IMG/VR virus record: IMGVR_UViG_3300021256_000002 | Span: 160,001 to 224,000 of that record | Length of the DNA stretch: 64,000 bases | Reading direction: 5' to 3' (one strand) | From: a virus | Lineage: Duplodnaviria; Caudoviricetes | Part shown: in pieces, positions 28,955 through 40,077 of the stretch | Layout: each line of letters begins with the position of its first letter | Position numbering within the stretch: the stretch's first letter is position 1 | Notes under the pieces: model-generated | Database searches by the model: none | What the model saw: only the letters and a program-made list of their open reading frames with translations | Told to the model about the DNA's origin: nothing | Program-made: the position numbers and the translations under genes

Positions 28955-30544
28955 ATGTTTTACATTTTCGGAGATAACTACATTAACGCATATGAAGATG
29001 AAAATTACATTATACCTGAAATGCAAGAAGTGCTATTCGAGGCAATCAGTGTATCTCAAGTTAAAGAAGGGGAGATATACTTAGCTAATAGCTTCCCATT
29101 TTACGAAAAAGACAGAAATGGGTTAACTCTAGCTAAACAACGCCCAATACTAATCTTACGCGATGCTAAAGGTAAGCTTCGTGCATTCTATATCGGTACT
29201 GTTCATGACGGTATGACTAAGCATAAGTCCCCATTCAATTATGAACTAACTGAATGGAAAGCCTGTGGACTGCATAGATTATCATATTTTTCTGGACTTA
29301 AACGTCGGGATATTGATGAAGTTGGATTAGTACATTTTATCGGTAACGTACCGTCAAGTACTTTAACGAATATTAGGCGAGTTGTTGAGTATGCTGACCG
29401 TCATTGGGACGAAGATCCGTTCGCCATCATGGAATGGATGAAATCAAACAAGATCCAAGATACTGAACATTCTAGTGGAAATAACAACCTGAACAAGTTG
29501 CAATCAGTAAATGACGTTAAGCGTAGTTTGCGTGCTAATTGCGTTGATATAGCAACAATCGTGCACCAAGCGGCTAAGATTCAAGGTTATGAGCATATAA
29601 TAGCACATACTCAATATATCAAATCATCTGATTGGTTTGGACCAGGACATTTCTATTGTTGCTTTTCATCCAAGCAAGGTAAATGGCATATATTCCATTT
29701 TATCCCAGAAGATAAAAATGGTATTACAATCAATTACGATGAAAAGCATACCACCAAGCCTCATGATATGCAATACACAATCAATAGATATATTAAGGAA
29801 TGGTTAGACCCTCATTTTCATAGCATATATAGTGATAGAAAATCATCAACCGAAATAATTGATGATAATAAATTATTGTATTGGGATATGCTAGTAAATA
29901 AGAAAGAACCTCAACTTGTGCTTGTACGCTCATTTCAATTTATTTCAGCAGTTGTTAAACTAAATGAAGTCTTGTCTAAATATGACTGGGCTCAAGTTGT
30001 CAATGGTAAAAAATTACCAGACGGTAAATGGGACGAGAAGAATTATCGTACTCTAAACCCAAGGACATTCGAATTACTTCGTGCAGGGTGTTGCTGGGAT
30101 TATGTCCTTTATGAGCAAGAATGGTTCAAAAAGTATTTCCCATTCATAAAAACCCATTTGTATTATGCAGAGGGTGGTATTAATGGGCACGCCTATCAAA
30201 CTCATACATGGATAAGTTTTGAAATTCCATACGATCCTTGCGTATATGTGTTCGAAGCATCCTTTAAAAAGCATACTGGAATACATAAGTTTACCAAGAA
30301 TTCTGAATCTGGTTTTAGTGCTGTGAAAGACTCCGTCGTACATTGGTTTATGAACATATTCCCGAATCCCAATTATACTGGAGTTGTATATGAAGTAACT
30401 AAACCAGTTCGTAAAGACATGAATACTGAAGAGTTTATGGCTCATTGTATTCGGAATGGTAAGATTGTGTATAAGAAAGGTGATTACCTTGAAAAGTTTA
30501 TTCAACCTTTCATAGATAACAATTATAAGTTTACAGAGTCTTGA
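28955..30544 (+). CDS. multidomain protein: PemK/MazF-like domain plus two transglutaminase-like domains
   Basis: GEIYLA..PF.E......KQRPILI; ANCVD...GHFY; GCCWDY...THTW...VFE. Confidence 0.55.
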   Translation: MFYIFGDNYINAYEDENYIIPEMQEVLFEAISVSQVKEGEIYLANSFPFYEKDRNGLTLAKQRPILILRDAKGKLRAFYIGTVHDGMTKHKSPFNYELTEWKACGLHRLSYFSGLKRRDIDEVGLVHFIGNVPSSTLTNIRRVVEYADRHWDEDPFAIMEWMKSNKIQDTEHSSGNNNLNKLQSVNDVKRSLRANCVDIATIVHQAAKIQGYEHIIAHTQYIKSSDWFGPGHFYCCFSSKQGKWHIFHFIPEDKNGITINYDEKHTTKPHDMQYTINRYIKEWLDPHFHSIYSDRKSSTEIIDDNKLLYWDMLVNKKEPQLVLVRSFQFISAVVKLNEVLSKYDWAQVVNGKKLPDGKWDEKNYRTLNPRTFELLRAGCCWDYVLYEQEWFKKYFPFIKTHLYYAEGGINGHAYQTHTWISFEIPYDPCVYVFEASFKKHTGIHKFTKNSESGFSAVKDSVVHWFMNIFPNPNYTGVVYEVTKPVRKDMNTEEFMAHCIRNGKIVYKKGDYLEKFIQPFIDNNYKFTES

Positions 30545-30632
30545 TATTCTAAACTTCATTTCGAATATATATTATAAGAAAGTGAATAACAAATGGTTAT
30601 TCGTAATTTAATTCATTTAAGGAGGTATAAGC

Positions 30633-31850
30633 ATGGAATTGTTTGAAAAAGGAATTCCTAACAACCTCAGTCGCCAGTCACTGAAAAAGGCTGGTAAATC
30701 GAAAAAGAAAATCGAAAAGGTACTTGCTGCAAATTTGCCGATGCTGGTAGATTTCTACTTTGGCAAGTATCAGAAAGGAGATGTTCGTGCTAAGTATGAA
30801 GGTACGATTCTCCAGTTGCTTGGTTCACACGATTACTTCGTTGAACCGTTAGCAAGGCTGGTTAAGAAACTGGCTAAGCATAAGGAACTCGATGAGCTCC
30901 CGGCTGGTTTGTCTACGGTTCTGATGGATAACTTGGATGCTGTGCGTTCAATGTATCAGAAACAGAAGGCTAAGCTTTGCAGTAACGATAAGGTGAAGAT
31001 TGATGATGTTACGGCAGCACGTCTTGACACGATGACTCGCTTGAGCGAACGTCTGATTCAGGAAACGACTGAAATCTGTAAGGTTATCAATACCAAAATC
31101 GTGAAGAAACTTGTGAAGGAACTTGGTATCGAACGCAAATATGCTGAGGAATTGGCATGCTGCTATGTGCCGAGTGAATATCTCAATACCAAAAACATTC
31201 GTCGGTATGTATATCGGCTGAATCTTACTCTGTATTCCGTACAGGGCGTTGGTGTTGTGAATTCCGCATCGGATGATGCTGATAGCAAGTGGACTAACAC
31301 GATTGGGGCAAACCTGAGCGATCCTGAAACCATCAAGAAGATTTATGAAATCTTCTTCAAGGGGATTAACCGTAAGACGTTTATCTCTTTGCTGATTGGT
31401 ATCATGCTCGAACGCCGTGGCGGCAAGCTTGAACATTTCAAGGATCCGCAGCGTTGGCTTTACAATGACATCAGCACTCTTGTGTTGAATGTTCTTGAGG
31501 GCACTGACTTCATCAATATCGAAAAAGAGAAGTTGTCTAAGAAGAAGGCCAAGAAAGTTCTGCCTATTAACAAGAAGGAACTCAAAGCGTTCATGAAGAT
31601 TTATTCCGATGAAAAGGCACGTGATGCTATGCGGAATAATGATTCTCCGCGTCGTGTATCCTTCACTTCGTTGAGTGAAGAAGACTATCCGAAGATTCGG
31701 AAAGCATTCCGTTCATCCACGAAGGATTACTTCAACGACTTGTTTGATGATGCACCGCAGCAGAATCAGAACCACAACAGACCCAACAATCAGAAGGGTC
31801 AGAACAACAATAACCGACAGAACCAGAATAACAATCGTCGGGATAAGTAA
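30633..31850 (+). CDS. early hypothetical protein with N/Q-rich tail
   Basis: Early motif at 30560-30577, AAGGAGG RBS, biased codons. Confidence 0.8.
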   Translation: MELFEKGIPNNLSRQSLKKAGKSKKKIEKVLAANLPMLVDFYFGKYQKGDVRAKYEGTILQLLGSHDYFVEPLARLVKKLAKHKELDELPAGLSTVLMDNLDAVRSMYQKQKAKLCSNDKVKIDDVTAARLDTMTRLSERLIQETTEICKVINTKIVKKLVKELGIERKYAEELACCYVPSEYLNTKNIRRYVYRLNLTLYSVQGVGVVNSASDDADSKWTNTIGANLSDPETIKKIYEIFFKGINRKTFISLLIGIMLERRGGKLEHFKDPQRWLYNDISTLVLNVLEGTDFINIEKEKLSKKKAKKVLPINKKELKAFMKIYSDEKARDAMRNNDSPRRVSFTSLSEEDYPKIRKAFRSSTKDYFNDLFDDAPQQNQNHNRPNNQKGQNNNNRQNQNNNRRDK

Positions 31851-31926
31851 GTCATAAGAGTTGATATTGTGGGCCCAGTTGGAATTGATACTGGGTCCTT
31901 TTTTTATTCAAAAGGAGTATCTAGTT

Positions 31927-32913
31927 ATGATTACAATATACAATGAAATACCAGGTCGTAAAAGTTGGTCTGTAGTTGAAACGTACAAGAATAAGTACGT
32001 TATCAAGAATGAAACCAATGAAAACCTTAATATAGATATTAATACAGATGGAAAAAACAAGTATGCTCAGGATATTGGACAAGCGTTTGACAAATCTACT
32101 ACAAAATCCAATGTAACCTGTCACTTTAGTTACGGTACTGAAATCGGATTTAGTGCTAAATCCGGTAATCCGTATATCAGCAAGATTAGCGATGAGCCGA
32201 CAGAATATGAACGTAATATCGTATTCATTACGCTTTATCTGCTGAATGACTTGGTGAATATTGGTGTAAAGAATGCTACGGTATACGAGCATGATTATGA
32301 TAGCGAAAATCATATTCTTACTATGGTGCTTTCTGCTGATAGAAAAGACACGAGCGATTACAAGGATATGGCTTTTCTGTACATCATCACCTCTGATGGT
32401 AAAGAGGGGTATGAACGGTTGGTGTATCGGGTGAATGGACGGGAAATCAATTTGACCGCTAGGAGTACGTATTCTTCAGAAGATAGAATCCCTCGTAATA
32501 GTCATGGTTTGCCGAGATTCAGCACTAAGAGCATGATTATCAAGGACGTCAATGGAATTCCTAAACTGGCATTTCCTGTGTTCCGTCCTCGTCGTCCGTC
32601 TACGAATGTTATCTGCTGCTCTCAGAAGAGCATTCAGAGCGCGATTGATATCTTGACTGAAAAGTACCGGTATGAACCAAATTCCAAACGATTGGTACTT
32701 CATACTCCAGCAGATTCCAAGGAATTGAAAAAGAAAATTGATTTCTTGGTTAAATACGGTATCAAGTACATCACGTACTTCTTCCCGACTGTTGACAAGA
32801 AAGAGGTTTTCTCACCTGAGTTCTTGAGCAAGATGTATACCAACTACCGTGGGTACTACTTCAACCATATTGCTATTATGGATGCTGAAGGTAAAATCTA
32901 CCACATTTGCTAA
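31927..32913 (+). CDS. hypothetical protein
   Basis: AAGGAG RBS before ATG 31927. Confidence 0.75.
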   Translation: MITIYNEIPGRKSWSVVETYKNKYVIKNETNENLNIDINTDGKNKYAQDIGQAFDKSTTKSNVTCHFSYGTEIGFSAKSGNPYISKISDEPTEYERNIVFITLYLLNDLVNIGVKNATVYEHDYDSENHILTMVLSADRKDTSDYKDMAFLYIITSDGKEGYERLVYRVNGREINLTARSTYSSEDRIPRNSHGLPRFSTKSMIIKDVNGIPKLAFPVFRPRRPSTNVICCSQKSIQSAIDILTEKYRYEPNSKRLVLHTPADSKELKKKIDFLVKYGIKYITYFFPTVDKKEVFSPEFLSKMYTNYRGYYFNHIAIMDAEGKIYHIC

Positions 32914-33039
32914 TCATAAAACTGAATAAATTTAATTCCCTAGAGGTTCCAAACCTCTAGGGAATTTTTTAAAGTAGATTATAAATACATATTATATTCG
33001 TGACACAAATTTAATCTATAATTGAAAGGATGAAAGATA

Positions 33040-34422
33040 ATGACAGTTAGAGGAAAGATAATTGAAGCGTTAGAAAAACGTGCAAGAAGAGCTGCTATAT
33101 TCGAACAAGTTGGTGGATATAGTACGTCTTCTTTGCTACTTGATAGTTTATTGAAAAGTGATAAGAAAGGATTATTCAAGGTCGATAACACTTCTATTTT
33201 CGGGTTTCCTTCTGGAAATCCGCTTATTGACGCCTTGAATGGATATTTGGTCTGTGTACCAAATAAAGACCATACAGATTTAGACCATACTTGGTATAAT
33301 AAAGGTATCATGGGTGGTCAGTTCATTATGGTAATTGGTAACTCTGGTGTAGGTAAATCTGCATTCTGTATTCAATGCGCTGCCAACATCGTAAAAGATT
33401 ATGATGAAGGATTGGTTATTCATGCAGATGCAGAACATACTTCAAGTTATCCTCATATCATGAATCTCACTGGTTGGGGTCCTGATTTGATGGATACGAA
33501 ATATCGTCTGAATGAAATCAACTATATCGAGGACTTGCGCGCTGCGATTATTGATATTGCTCGTATCAAGGAAGAACATAAGAAAGAGTTGATTATCCAT
33601 ACGGGTCGATATGATTCTTTCGGTAGAGAAATCAAAATTTATGTGCCGACGGTAATTATCGCAGATTCGTTACCTCAGTTCCAGACGAAAGAAATCCTTG
33701 ATAAGGATGGTAATGTTCAGGCAGAACAGGAAGGTCAGACTTATGATATGCGCTTAGCTGCTGCTTATAGTAAGTTCTATAAAATCATGAGACCAATTCT
33801 TCATGATAAGAATATCATTCTGTTTGTAACCAATCATATCAAGGAGAAACCTCAGATGGGCTTTACGAAGAAACAAGCCAAGATTCAAGGTCTATCCCCA
33901 GATGAAACTTTGCCGGGTGGTAGTGCACCGATTTATCTGTCTCAGTCTTTGATTAGATTGATTTATCGTGGTAAATGCATTACTGAAAAGCATGGTTTCA
34001 ATGGTTATGTTACTGCCGTACAGACGCTCAAATCCAAAACAAATCGTTCTGATTTGACTGTTGAGTTGGTATTTGAACATGGTAAAGGATTCAACACCCC
34101 ATTATCTATGTTGAGATTTGCTGATAGTCTTGGTCTTGTTGGTGGTAGAAATCCGTACAGATATTTCACTGCTAATCCAGATAAGAAATTTAGTACGAAG
34201 AATTTCTGTGATTCCATCGACAAGGACCCTGAGATATACCAAACTCTGCTGAAGATAACAGAACCTTATATCAACAACATTTGTGCATCGAACAAAGCTT
34301 TCAATCCGAACAAGGATATCTCAGCCGCACAGCTTGAAAGTGTTGTTGATAACTCGTTCCATATGTACAAAGACGTTAGCAAAGATACTTTAGCTGACGC
34401 ATTAGAGGGGATTGGAGCATGA
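33040..34422 (+). CDS. RecA/UvsX-like recombinase
   Basis: Walker A GNSGVGKS, DAEH, Walker B IIADSL, TNH, PGG.A; GACA-N6-TA at 33002-33013. Confidence 0.85.
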   Translation: MTVRGKIIEALEKRARRAAIFEQVGGYSTSSLLLDSLLKSDKKGLFKVDNTSIFGFPSGNPLIDALNGYLVCVPNKDHTDLDHTWYNKGIMGGQFIMVIGNSGVGKSAFCIQCAANIVKDYDEGLVIHADAEHTSSYPHIMNLTGWGPDLMDTKYRLNEINYIEDLRAAIIDIARIKEEHKKELIIHTGRYDSFGREIKIYVPTVIIADSLPQFQTKEILDKDGNVQAEQEGQTYDMRLAAAYSKFYKIMRPILHDKNIILFVTNHIKEKPQMGFTKKQAKIQGLSPDETLPGGSAPIYLSQSLIRLIYRGKCITEKHGFNGYVTAVQTLKSKTNRSDLTVELVFEHGKGFNTPLSMLRFADSLGLVGGRNPYRYFTANPDKKFSTKNFCDSIDKDPEIYQTLLKITEPYINNICASNKAFNPNKDISAAQLESVVDNSFHMYKDVSKDTLADALEGIGA

Positions 34423-36185
34423 ATGGCTTACTAGAGAAGTATGATGGTCCTTTGTTATTAGGTGAAATAAACCCTAAGGACTGGGTTATGTGTAACACCA
34501 TATATCAAAGGCCAACAAAAGAAACCAAATGGCATGATTATGCATATTTGGTATTGAAGAATGTAAAGACCGGGGAGAAGAAGTTGTTTACTGCAATGGA
34601 CCCGGAAATGCTCATATATGTAGTAAATGAAGATGAGCGGGACTACAATTACTGTCCCGCTTATAGACCATTGAAAGAGTGTACTCCAGTACGAGTTAAG
34701 TATAAAGCTGTACTGGATGCAATTGCTCAAGTTGGAGGAGAAAAGTGCAAACAATTCTTGACTTCCAACAGAAAAGCCGGTGCTAGAAATCTGTGTAAGG
34801 AGCTTTTTAAGTATCCTTATGTACTTGGAGCCGACTATGATTATACAGATTATCTTAGAATAGAATGGGCTTTGCATTATCATAACAACGATATCCATGT
34901 TCACGTAGATAAGATGTTCATGGATATCGAGGTTGATGGTATTGATGTACCAGGGTTCCCAAAACCTGGTGAATGCCCAGTTAATGCAGTTTCATTAATA
35001 GATGAAGCTTCATCAACCGTATTCGTATTCTTACTGAGAAATGAAAAGAATCCTCAGATAGAAGAATTCGAACGGAATATGAATACGCATATTGCGGAAT
35101 ATCACGAAGCTTTTGATGAAAGTTATGGTGAGTTAGATTATAAAATAGCATTCTTCGATAAAGAGATAGATTTGATTGCAGCGGTATTTGAAGTAATCAA
35201 TACTCTCAAACGAGATATCTTAGGTATCTGGAATATGGGGTTCGATATTCCGTTCCTCATTGAGCGTATTCGAGTACTTGGGTACGACCCTGCAAGCATT
35301 ATTTGTAGCCCAGATTTTGCTACAAAGATTCTCAATTATCGTAAAGATACAAAACAGCATGATTTCAAGAGAAAGAATGATGTATTCTTAGTAACTGCGT
35401 ATACGGTATATATCGACCAGATGGGTACATATATCAAGATACGTAAACAATTCGCTGAGCAGAAGTCTTTGAAGTTGAATGCAATTGCTCAGAAAGAGTT
35501 GAAGGATACAAAACTTGATTATAGCGATGAAGCTAACATCAAGACTTTACCTTATGAGAATTTCCCGCTATTCGTAATGTATAATATTAAGGATACTTTA
35601 TTACAGCTTGGGATTGAAAGAAAGACCCATGATATGGATACGGTATTCTTAAATACCTTATCGAATGCGACTCCGTTTCATAAGATATTCAGTCAGACTC
35701 AAGTACTGAAGAATCATGCATATATATCGTATTTTACTCAAGGTTATATCATTGGTAACAATCGTAATATCGATTATACCAAAGATAGATTTAATGATGA
35801 TGAAGAGGAAGCGGCGGTCAAGAAGAAGAAAGAGGTTGAGGGCGCACTTGTTGGTGACCCTGAACTCAATCTTCATGTCGGAATCGAAATGTATGGGATG
35901 AAATCAAAATACATCTTCCCATATGTAATCGACTTTGACTATAGCTCCCTTTACCCATCGATAATTATAGCGTTCAATATTGGTCGTGAAACGATGATTG
36001 GCAAATTGGTTCTTGATGGATTTGCTCATCTGAATCCTGACCCAACTGATATTCTATATGACCAAGGACGTCATTTTATAGAAGCTTTATTATCCAAGGA
36101 CTATTCGTATATAGGGAAGACGTATTTCAATCTTCCCGATATAGAAGAATGTGTAAAGGACTTGGATGAGATATATAAAATCTAG
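34419..36185 (+). CDS. family B DNA polymerase, N-terminal part (3'-5' exonuclease and motif A)
   Basis: ExoI DIEV, ExoII WNMGFDIPFL, ExoIII YNIKD, motif A DFDYSSLYPSII; motifs B and C absent. Confidence 0.9.
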   Translation: MNGLLEKYDGPLLLGEINPKDWVMCNTIYQRPTKETKWHDYAYLVLKNVKTGEKKLFTAMDPEMLIYVVNEDERDYNYCPAYRPLKECTPVRVKYKAVLDAIAQVGGEKCKQFLTSNRKAGARNLCKELFKYPYVLGADYDYTDYLRIEWALHYHNNDIHVHVDKMFMDIEVDGIDVPGFPKPGECPVNAVSLIDEASSTVFVFLLRNEKNPQIEEFERNMNTHIAEYHEAFDESYGELDYKIAFFDKEIDLIAAVFEVINTLKRDILGIWNMGFDIPFLIERIRVLGYDPASIICSPDFATKILNYRKDTKQHDFKRKNDVFLVTAYTVYIDQMGTYIKIRKQFAEQKSLKLNAIAQKELKDTKLDYSDEANIKTLPYENFPLFVMYNIKDTLLQLGIERKTHDMDTVFLNTLSNATPFHKIFSQTQVLKNHAYISYFTQGYIIGNNRNIDYTKDRFNDDEEEAAVKKKKEVEGALVGDPELNLHVGIEMYGMKSKYIFPYVIDFDYSSLYPSIIIAFNIGRETMIGKLVLDGFAHLNPDPTDILYDQGRHFIEALLSKDYSYIGKTYFNLPDIEECVKDLDEIYKI

Positions 36186-36197
36186 GAGGTATTTTTA

Positions 36198-36803
36198 ATG
36201 GAGACAGATATCAATCAGAACGAAGCACTACATAAGGAGATAATGAGTGAGCTTTATCAGCTTTATGTAGGAAAATTTCCTATTCAACAGGACATGTTCC
36301 ACATCGGTGTTATTGGAAGCGGTAACGAATACATGTCTGGTAGATTGGCGCTTGCACTTAGTAAGTTTAAACGACTGAGTAAGGTTCATGCAAATGGTGC
36401 TGATATGCCACCAATAGTAATATATTCAGTGACCGAAAGTATTCGTAAGAGTTTGATGGATTTTGCTATTGAAGTCACCTATGCATTGGTTGAACTCGCA
36501 GACGAAGGTGGTGAGGCACCAAAGTTTGTTAAGAAGACATACGATGATCTTCATAAGCTTTATATCAAAAAGAATATGGATTATGGCGACAGCTTCCATT
36601 TAACTTTCCTTGAAGAAGGATTTGCCATGTCAAGGATTCGTCTTAATGATAAAGTTAGCAGGTTCAGTACTTTATCTAAGACCAAAGATCTTAAAGGTCA
36701 GGTATCAGATGAAAGTATTCAGGATACCTTGTTAGATGCGTTGAATTATTCTGTTATGAGTGTAATGGAGATAGACCGCGATGGCAAAAAAAGTGCAGAG
36801 TGA
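36198..36803 (+). CDS. DUF1599 / nucleotide-modification-associated domain protein
   Basis: KKNMDYGDSF...IRLNDK..R...DESIQDTLLDALNY. Confidence 0.75.
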   Translation: METDINQNEALHKEIMSELYQLYVGKFPIQQDMFHIGVIGSGNEYMSGRLALALSKFKRLSKVHANGADMPPIVIYSVTESIRKSLMDFAIEVTYALVELADEGGEAPKFVKKTYDDLHKLYIKKNMDYGDSFHLTFLEEGFAMSRIRLNDKVSRFSTLSKTKDLKGQVSDESIQDTLLDALNYSVMSVMEIDRDGKKSAE

Positions 36804-37455
36804 TTGGCTTGATAATTCCAAGCTGAGAAAACCTTTATATGAGTTTAATCAAGCAATCAAGCAAGTCTATACTGAGTATAGATTCCTTGACGACTTGGTG
36901 ATTCCATTGTTTATGAATTCAATCAAGAATAAAACGCTCTTCAAAAAGAGCCTGTTTCATTGGCGCGGTAAGAAATGGGACTTCTTGAATAACTGTGCAG
37001 TTGACCCTGAAGGACTCAATAAAGCCCTCAAGAATAAGGGTTATGAGTATCGTGAAGATGGTACTGAAAAGTATCTCAAGAGCTTGAAAGATGGTGAAGA
37101 GTACTTCGTCAGCACAGAACTTAGCGAAAAACAGATTGAAGATTCTGGCTCGTACATTGGAATGACTGAACTTAGAAGAATCCGTGCAAATGAACCAATT
37201 GGAGGGTATGTTCTAAGTCCTGAAGACATTAAAGCTCTGCTGGAGTATCAATCTATTGAACGTGTAATTGCGAACGATGATGGTATCGACGTGAAGATGA
37301 TTATGCTAAAAGAAGTCTTCCCAATGATTAAGAAAGCTGATACTATCAATATTACGGTCTATAAGACTGAACTGGAAAATGTGTATGATATCGTAATTGA
37401 ATCAATTACAGAGAGTTGGTCGTTTGTATCGGCACATTCTATCGTGAATTACTAA
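36781..37455 (+). CDS. hypothetical protein
   Basis: 224-aa ORF closing the recA-pol operon; terminator follows. Confidence 0.75.
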   Translation: MAKKVQSDWLDNSKLRKPLYEFNQAIKQVYTEYRFLDDLVIPLFMNSIKNKTLFKKSLFHWRGKKWDFLNNCAVDPEGLNKALKNKGYEYREDGTEKYLKSLKDGEEYFVSTELSEKQIEDSGSYIGMTELRRIRANEPIGGYVLSPEDIKALLEYQSIERVIANDDGIDVKMIMLKEVFPMIKKADTINITVYKTELENVYDIVIESITESWSFVSAHSIVNY

Positions 37456-37533
37456 GAGAAAAGGAATAGGCATAGCCTATTCCTTTTTTTGGTACTCGAC
37501 AAATCTTCTAATATATAAGGGGGCGAACTAATA

Positions 37534-39975
37534 ATGGCTAAAAAGACGTCTTCACAAGATATTGTAGATGCTGTCACGACTAAAAAGAATATAAATGATA
37601 TAAAGAAGCAAAATGACGTCATTCAGAAGATGATAAATAACTTTAAGTCTATTCCTATCATCTCTTCTAAACGTAATGACGATAAGCTTGATACTCTTGC
37701 AAAAGAGTTGGATGATATCATCGATAAAGAAACTGGTAGGTACGTGAGCAAATCACAAGTAACGTCAGGAAAGGATTTGGCGTTATTTTTTAATTCGCTC
37801 ATGACGAAAGCTATCAAAGGTGATAGTCCTACATCTAACTTCAATCCCAGTATGAATAAGCAGTCATTCACTGATTTGATGAATGACCAAACTGCTCAAG
37901 CTGCAATGGTTCTCAGCGAACGCTATAAGAATATCAATTCGATGTATGAAGATATTCGAATGGTAACTGAGCAGTTATCTGAATTGGCAACCGTTGTTGA
38001 TACTATGCGAGATACGATAACGAATAACGATAATCTTGTATCCGACTTATCTCGTATTGTGTCTTATGGTGAAATCAATAGTGATGATACTAAATCTGCC
38101 AATGACCTTGATACGGTTTATGCTATGGAGAAAGCGACTGGTATCAAGAATCTTCTTAAGAAGCAAATCATTCCGAATACTCTTAAGTATGGTAACTATT
38201 TCGTATATACTCAGCCGTATAAAGAAGTATTCGCCAAGTTTAAAGCTTATGAAGAAAAGTATAAGCATGATCCGTTTAGTATGAATGCTCGTTCATCTTC
38301 AAAGATTACTCGTGTAGGTGAAAACTACACGCCTGTACAAGAAGATACTCAGGTATTGACTGAGTTCTATAACGAGTTTTCTAATAGTATCAATGATACT
38401 TTCTTGAATGAAAGTGTTGATAATAAGTATAATGAAAAGAAGTTTGTTGATGACATGGAATCCTATTTTGAAGGTATTGACGTAATCAACGATGATTCTA
38501 TTCCTCTCATGGAAGATTCAGCCATCGCTGCATTAAGTAATGCTAAGGTTCGTGATTCTATTCTCAAAACTATCAATAACAAAAAGAAATCCAAGACTTG
38601 GAATGTTATCAGTCATTCTCCTGGCACTTCCAAGAATGGCGCATTTCATGATGGTGTACTTGGTGTGCATGGTGATGGATTTGACTTTGATAAAACTCAA
38701 GATAAGTATCTTGCTCAATTTGCAGATGTATCTGGTGTTTATATCAAGACATATGACCCTGGAAAGGTTATTCCTGTATACATGATGGATTATTGTATTG
38801 GATACTACGTTCTGTATGAGTCTGCTCAGAAAATCAGTTCTCATGCAATGAACGCAATTCATACTTTATCCCGTACATCTGTTCTCTTCCAGAATGATAT
38901 GAAGAAGAACTTCGAAGAGAAGTTGATTGGTATTATTGCAGATAGAATCTGTAAGAGTATCGATAAAGACTTCTTAAAGCAGAATAGTCAGTTCAAAGAA
39001 TTGATTGCGAATGCAATTTCGTATGATGATTTCTACAAGAAGTCATTCAAGGTTCAGTTCGTATCTTCTTCTTACATTACTCATTTCAAGATCAATGAAG
39101 ATCCTGATACTCATATGGGCACATCTGTACTGAAGAAATCTTTGTATTATGCGATGTTGTACTTGACTCTTCTGAATTTCAAAATCATCATGATTACGAC
39201 TCGTTCTATGGATACTCGAATGTTCCTTATTCACGTATCTGAAGAAGACCAAGATATATCTGGTCGTGTAAATAAGGTAATTGGGCAATTCAAACAGAAT
39301 CAGATTTCATACAACGACTTTGGTTCTGTTCGTGGTATTCTGTCCAAGGTTGGTAAAGGTCATGATATTGGTATTCCGATGACTCCATCTGGTGATAGGG
39401 CATTTGACGTTGAAGTAATGCAAGGTCAGCAGTATGATTTGGATACTCCATTGACCGATATGCTTCGTAAGGGAATGATTTCCAATACAGGCTGTCCTTC
39501 TGCAATGATGAGCGCGATGGATGAACTTGATTTCGCTCGTCAGTTACCGATGCTTCATGCAAATTACGTTGCTAGAATGATTGGTATACAGGAAGAAACT
39601 GAGCCAACTGTGACTGAGTTGTATCAAAAGCTGTTGTATTTTGGTGGATACGAAACTGACGATGATAAACTTGATTCTTTTGAATTCAAGTGGTCTCGTC
39701 CGAAGTCCATCAATATCACCAATACAACAGAAATGATAAGTAATGCTGATCAGATGGCTGAATTCATGATAAAGGTAATCGAGGGTGAAAACACTCAAAG
39801 TGATCCTCGTATCAAGGATAAGTACTTCAAATATATCATCACGAAGATGTTGTTACCTGGTGTATACGATTGGAGTCGTATGGAGCAGGATTTGAAGGAA
39901 TTCAAGCTCGACCTTCGTGCCGATATGAAGGAAGAACAGGCTGCTCAAATCAAAGCACAAGCAGACCAGCAGTAA
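37534..39975 (+). CDS. portal protein
   Basis: LKYGNYF, GTSVL, R.F.I.V, IP...G...DVEVMQG and TGCP pattern as in T4-like/jumbo portals; GACA-N7-TA upstream. Confidence 0.7.
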   Translation: MAKKTSSQDIVDAVTTKKNINDIKKQNDVIQKMINNFKSIPIISSKRNDDKLDTLAKELDDIIDKETGRYVSKSQVTSGKDLALFFNSLMTKAIKGDSPTSNFNPSMNKQSFTDLMNDQTAQAAMVLSERYKNINSMYEDIRMVTEQLSELATVVDTMRDTITNNDNLVSDLSRIVSYGEINSDDTKSANDLDTVYAMEKATGIKNLLKKQIIPNTLKYGNYFVYTQPYKEVFAKFKAYEEKYKHDPFSMNARSSSKITRVGENYTPVQEDTQVLTEFYNEFSNSINDTFLNESVDNKYNEKKFVDDMESYFEGIDVINDDSIPLMEDSAIAALSNAKVRDSILKTINNKKKSKTWNVISHSPGTSKNGAFHDGVLGVHGDGFDFDKTQDKYLAQFADVSGVYIKTYDPGKVIPVYMMDYCIGYYVLYESAQKISSHAMNAIHTLSRTSVLFQNDMKKNFEEKLIGIIADRICKSIDKDFLKQNSQFKELIANAISYDDFYKKSFKVQFVSSSYITHFKINEDPDTHMGTSVLKKSLYYAMLYLTLLNFKIIMITTRSMDTRMFLIHVSEEDQDISGRVNKVIGQFKQNQISYNDFGSVRGILSKVGKGHDIGIPMTPSGDRAFDVEVMQGQQYDLDTPLTDMLRKGMISNTGCPSAMMSAMDELDFARQLPMLHANYVARMIGIQEETEPTVTELYQKLLYFGGYETDDDKLDSFEFKWSRPKSINITNTTEMISNADQMAEFMIKVIEGENTQSDPRIKDKYFKYIITKMLLPGVYDWSRMEQDLKEFKLDLRADMKEEQAAQIKAQADQQ

Positions 39976-40077
39976 ACGAATTGAAGAACCGTTTTTCGGT
40001 TCTTCAATTTTAATTTCAAATATATAATATACATAGGATTAGATATCAAAACCATATAAAAAATAGGAGGAGATAAT

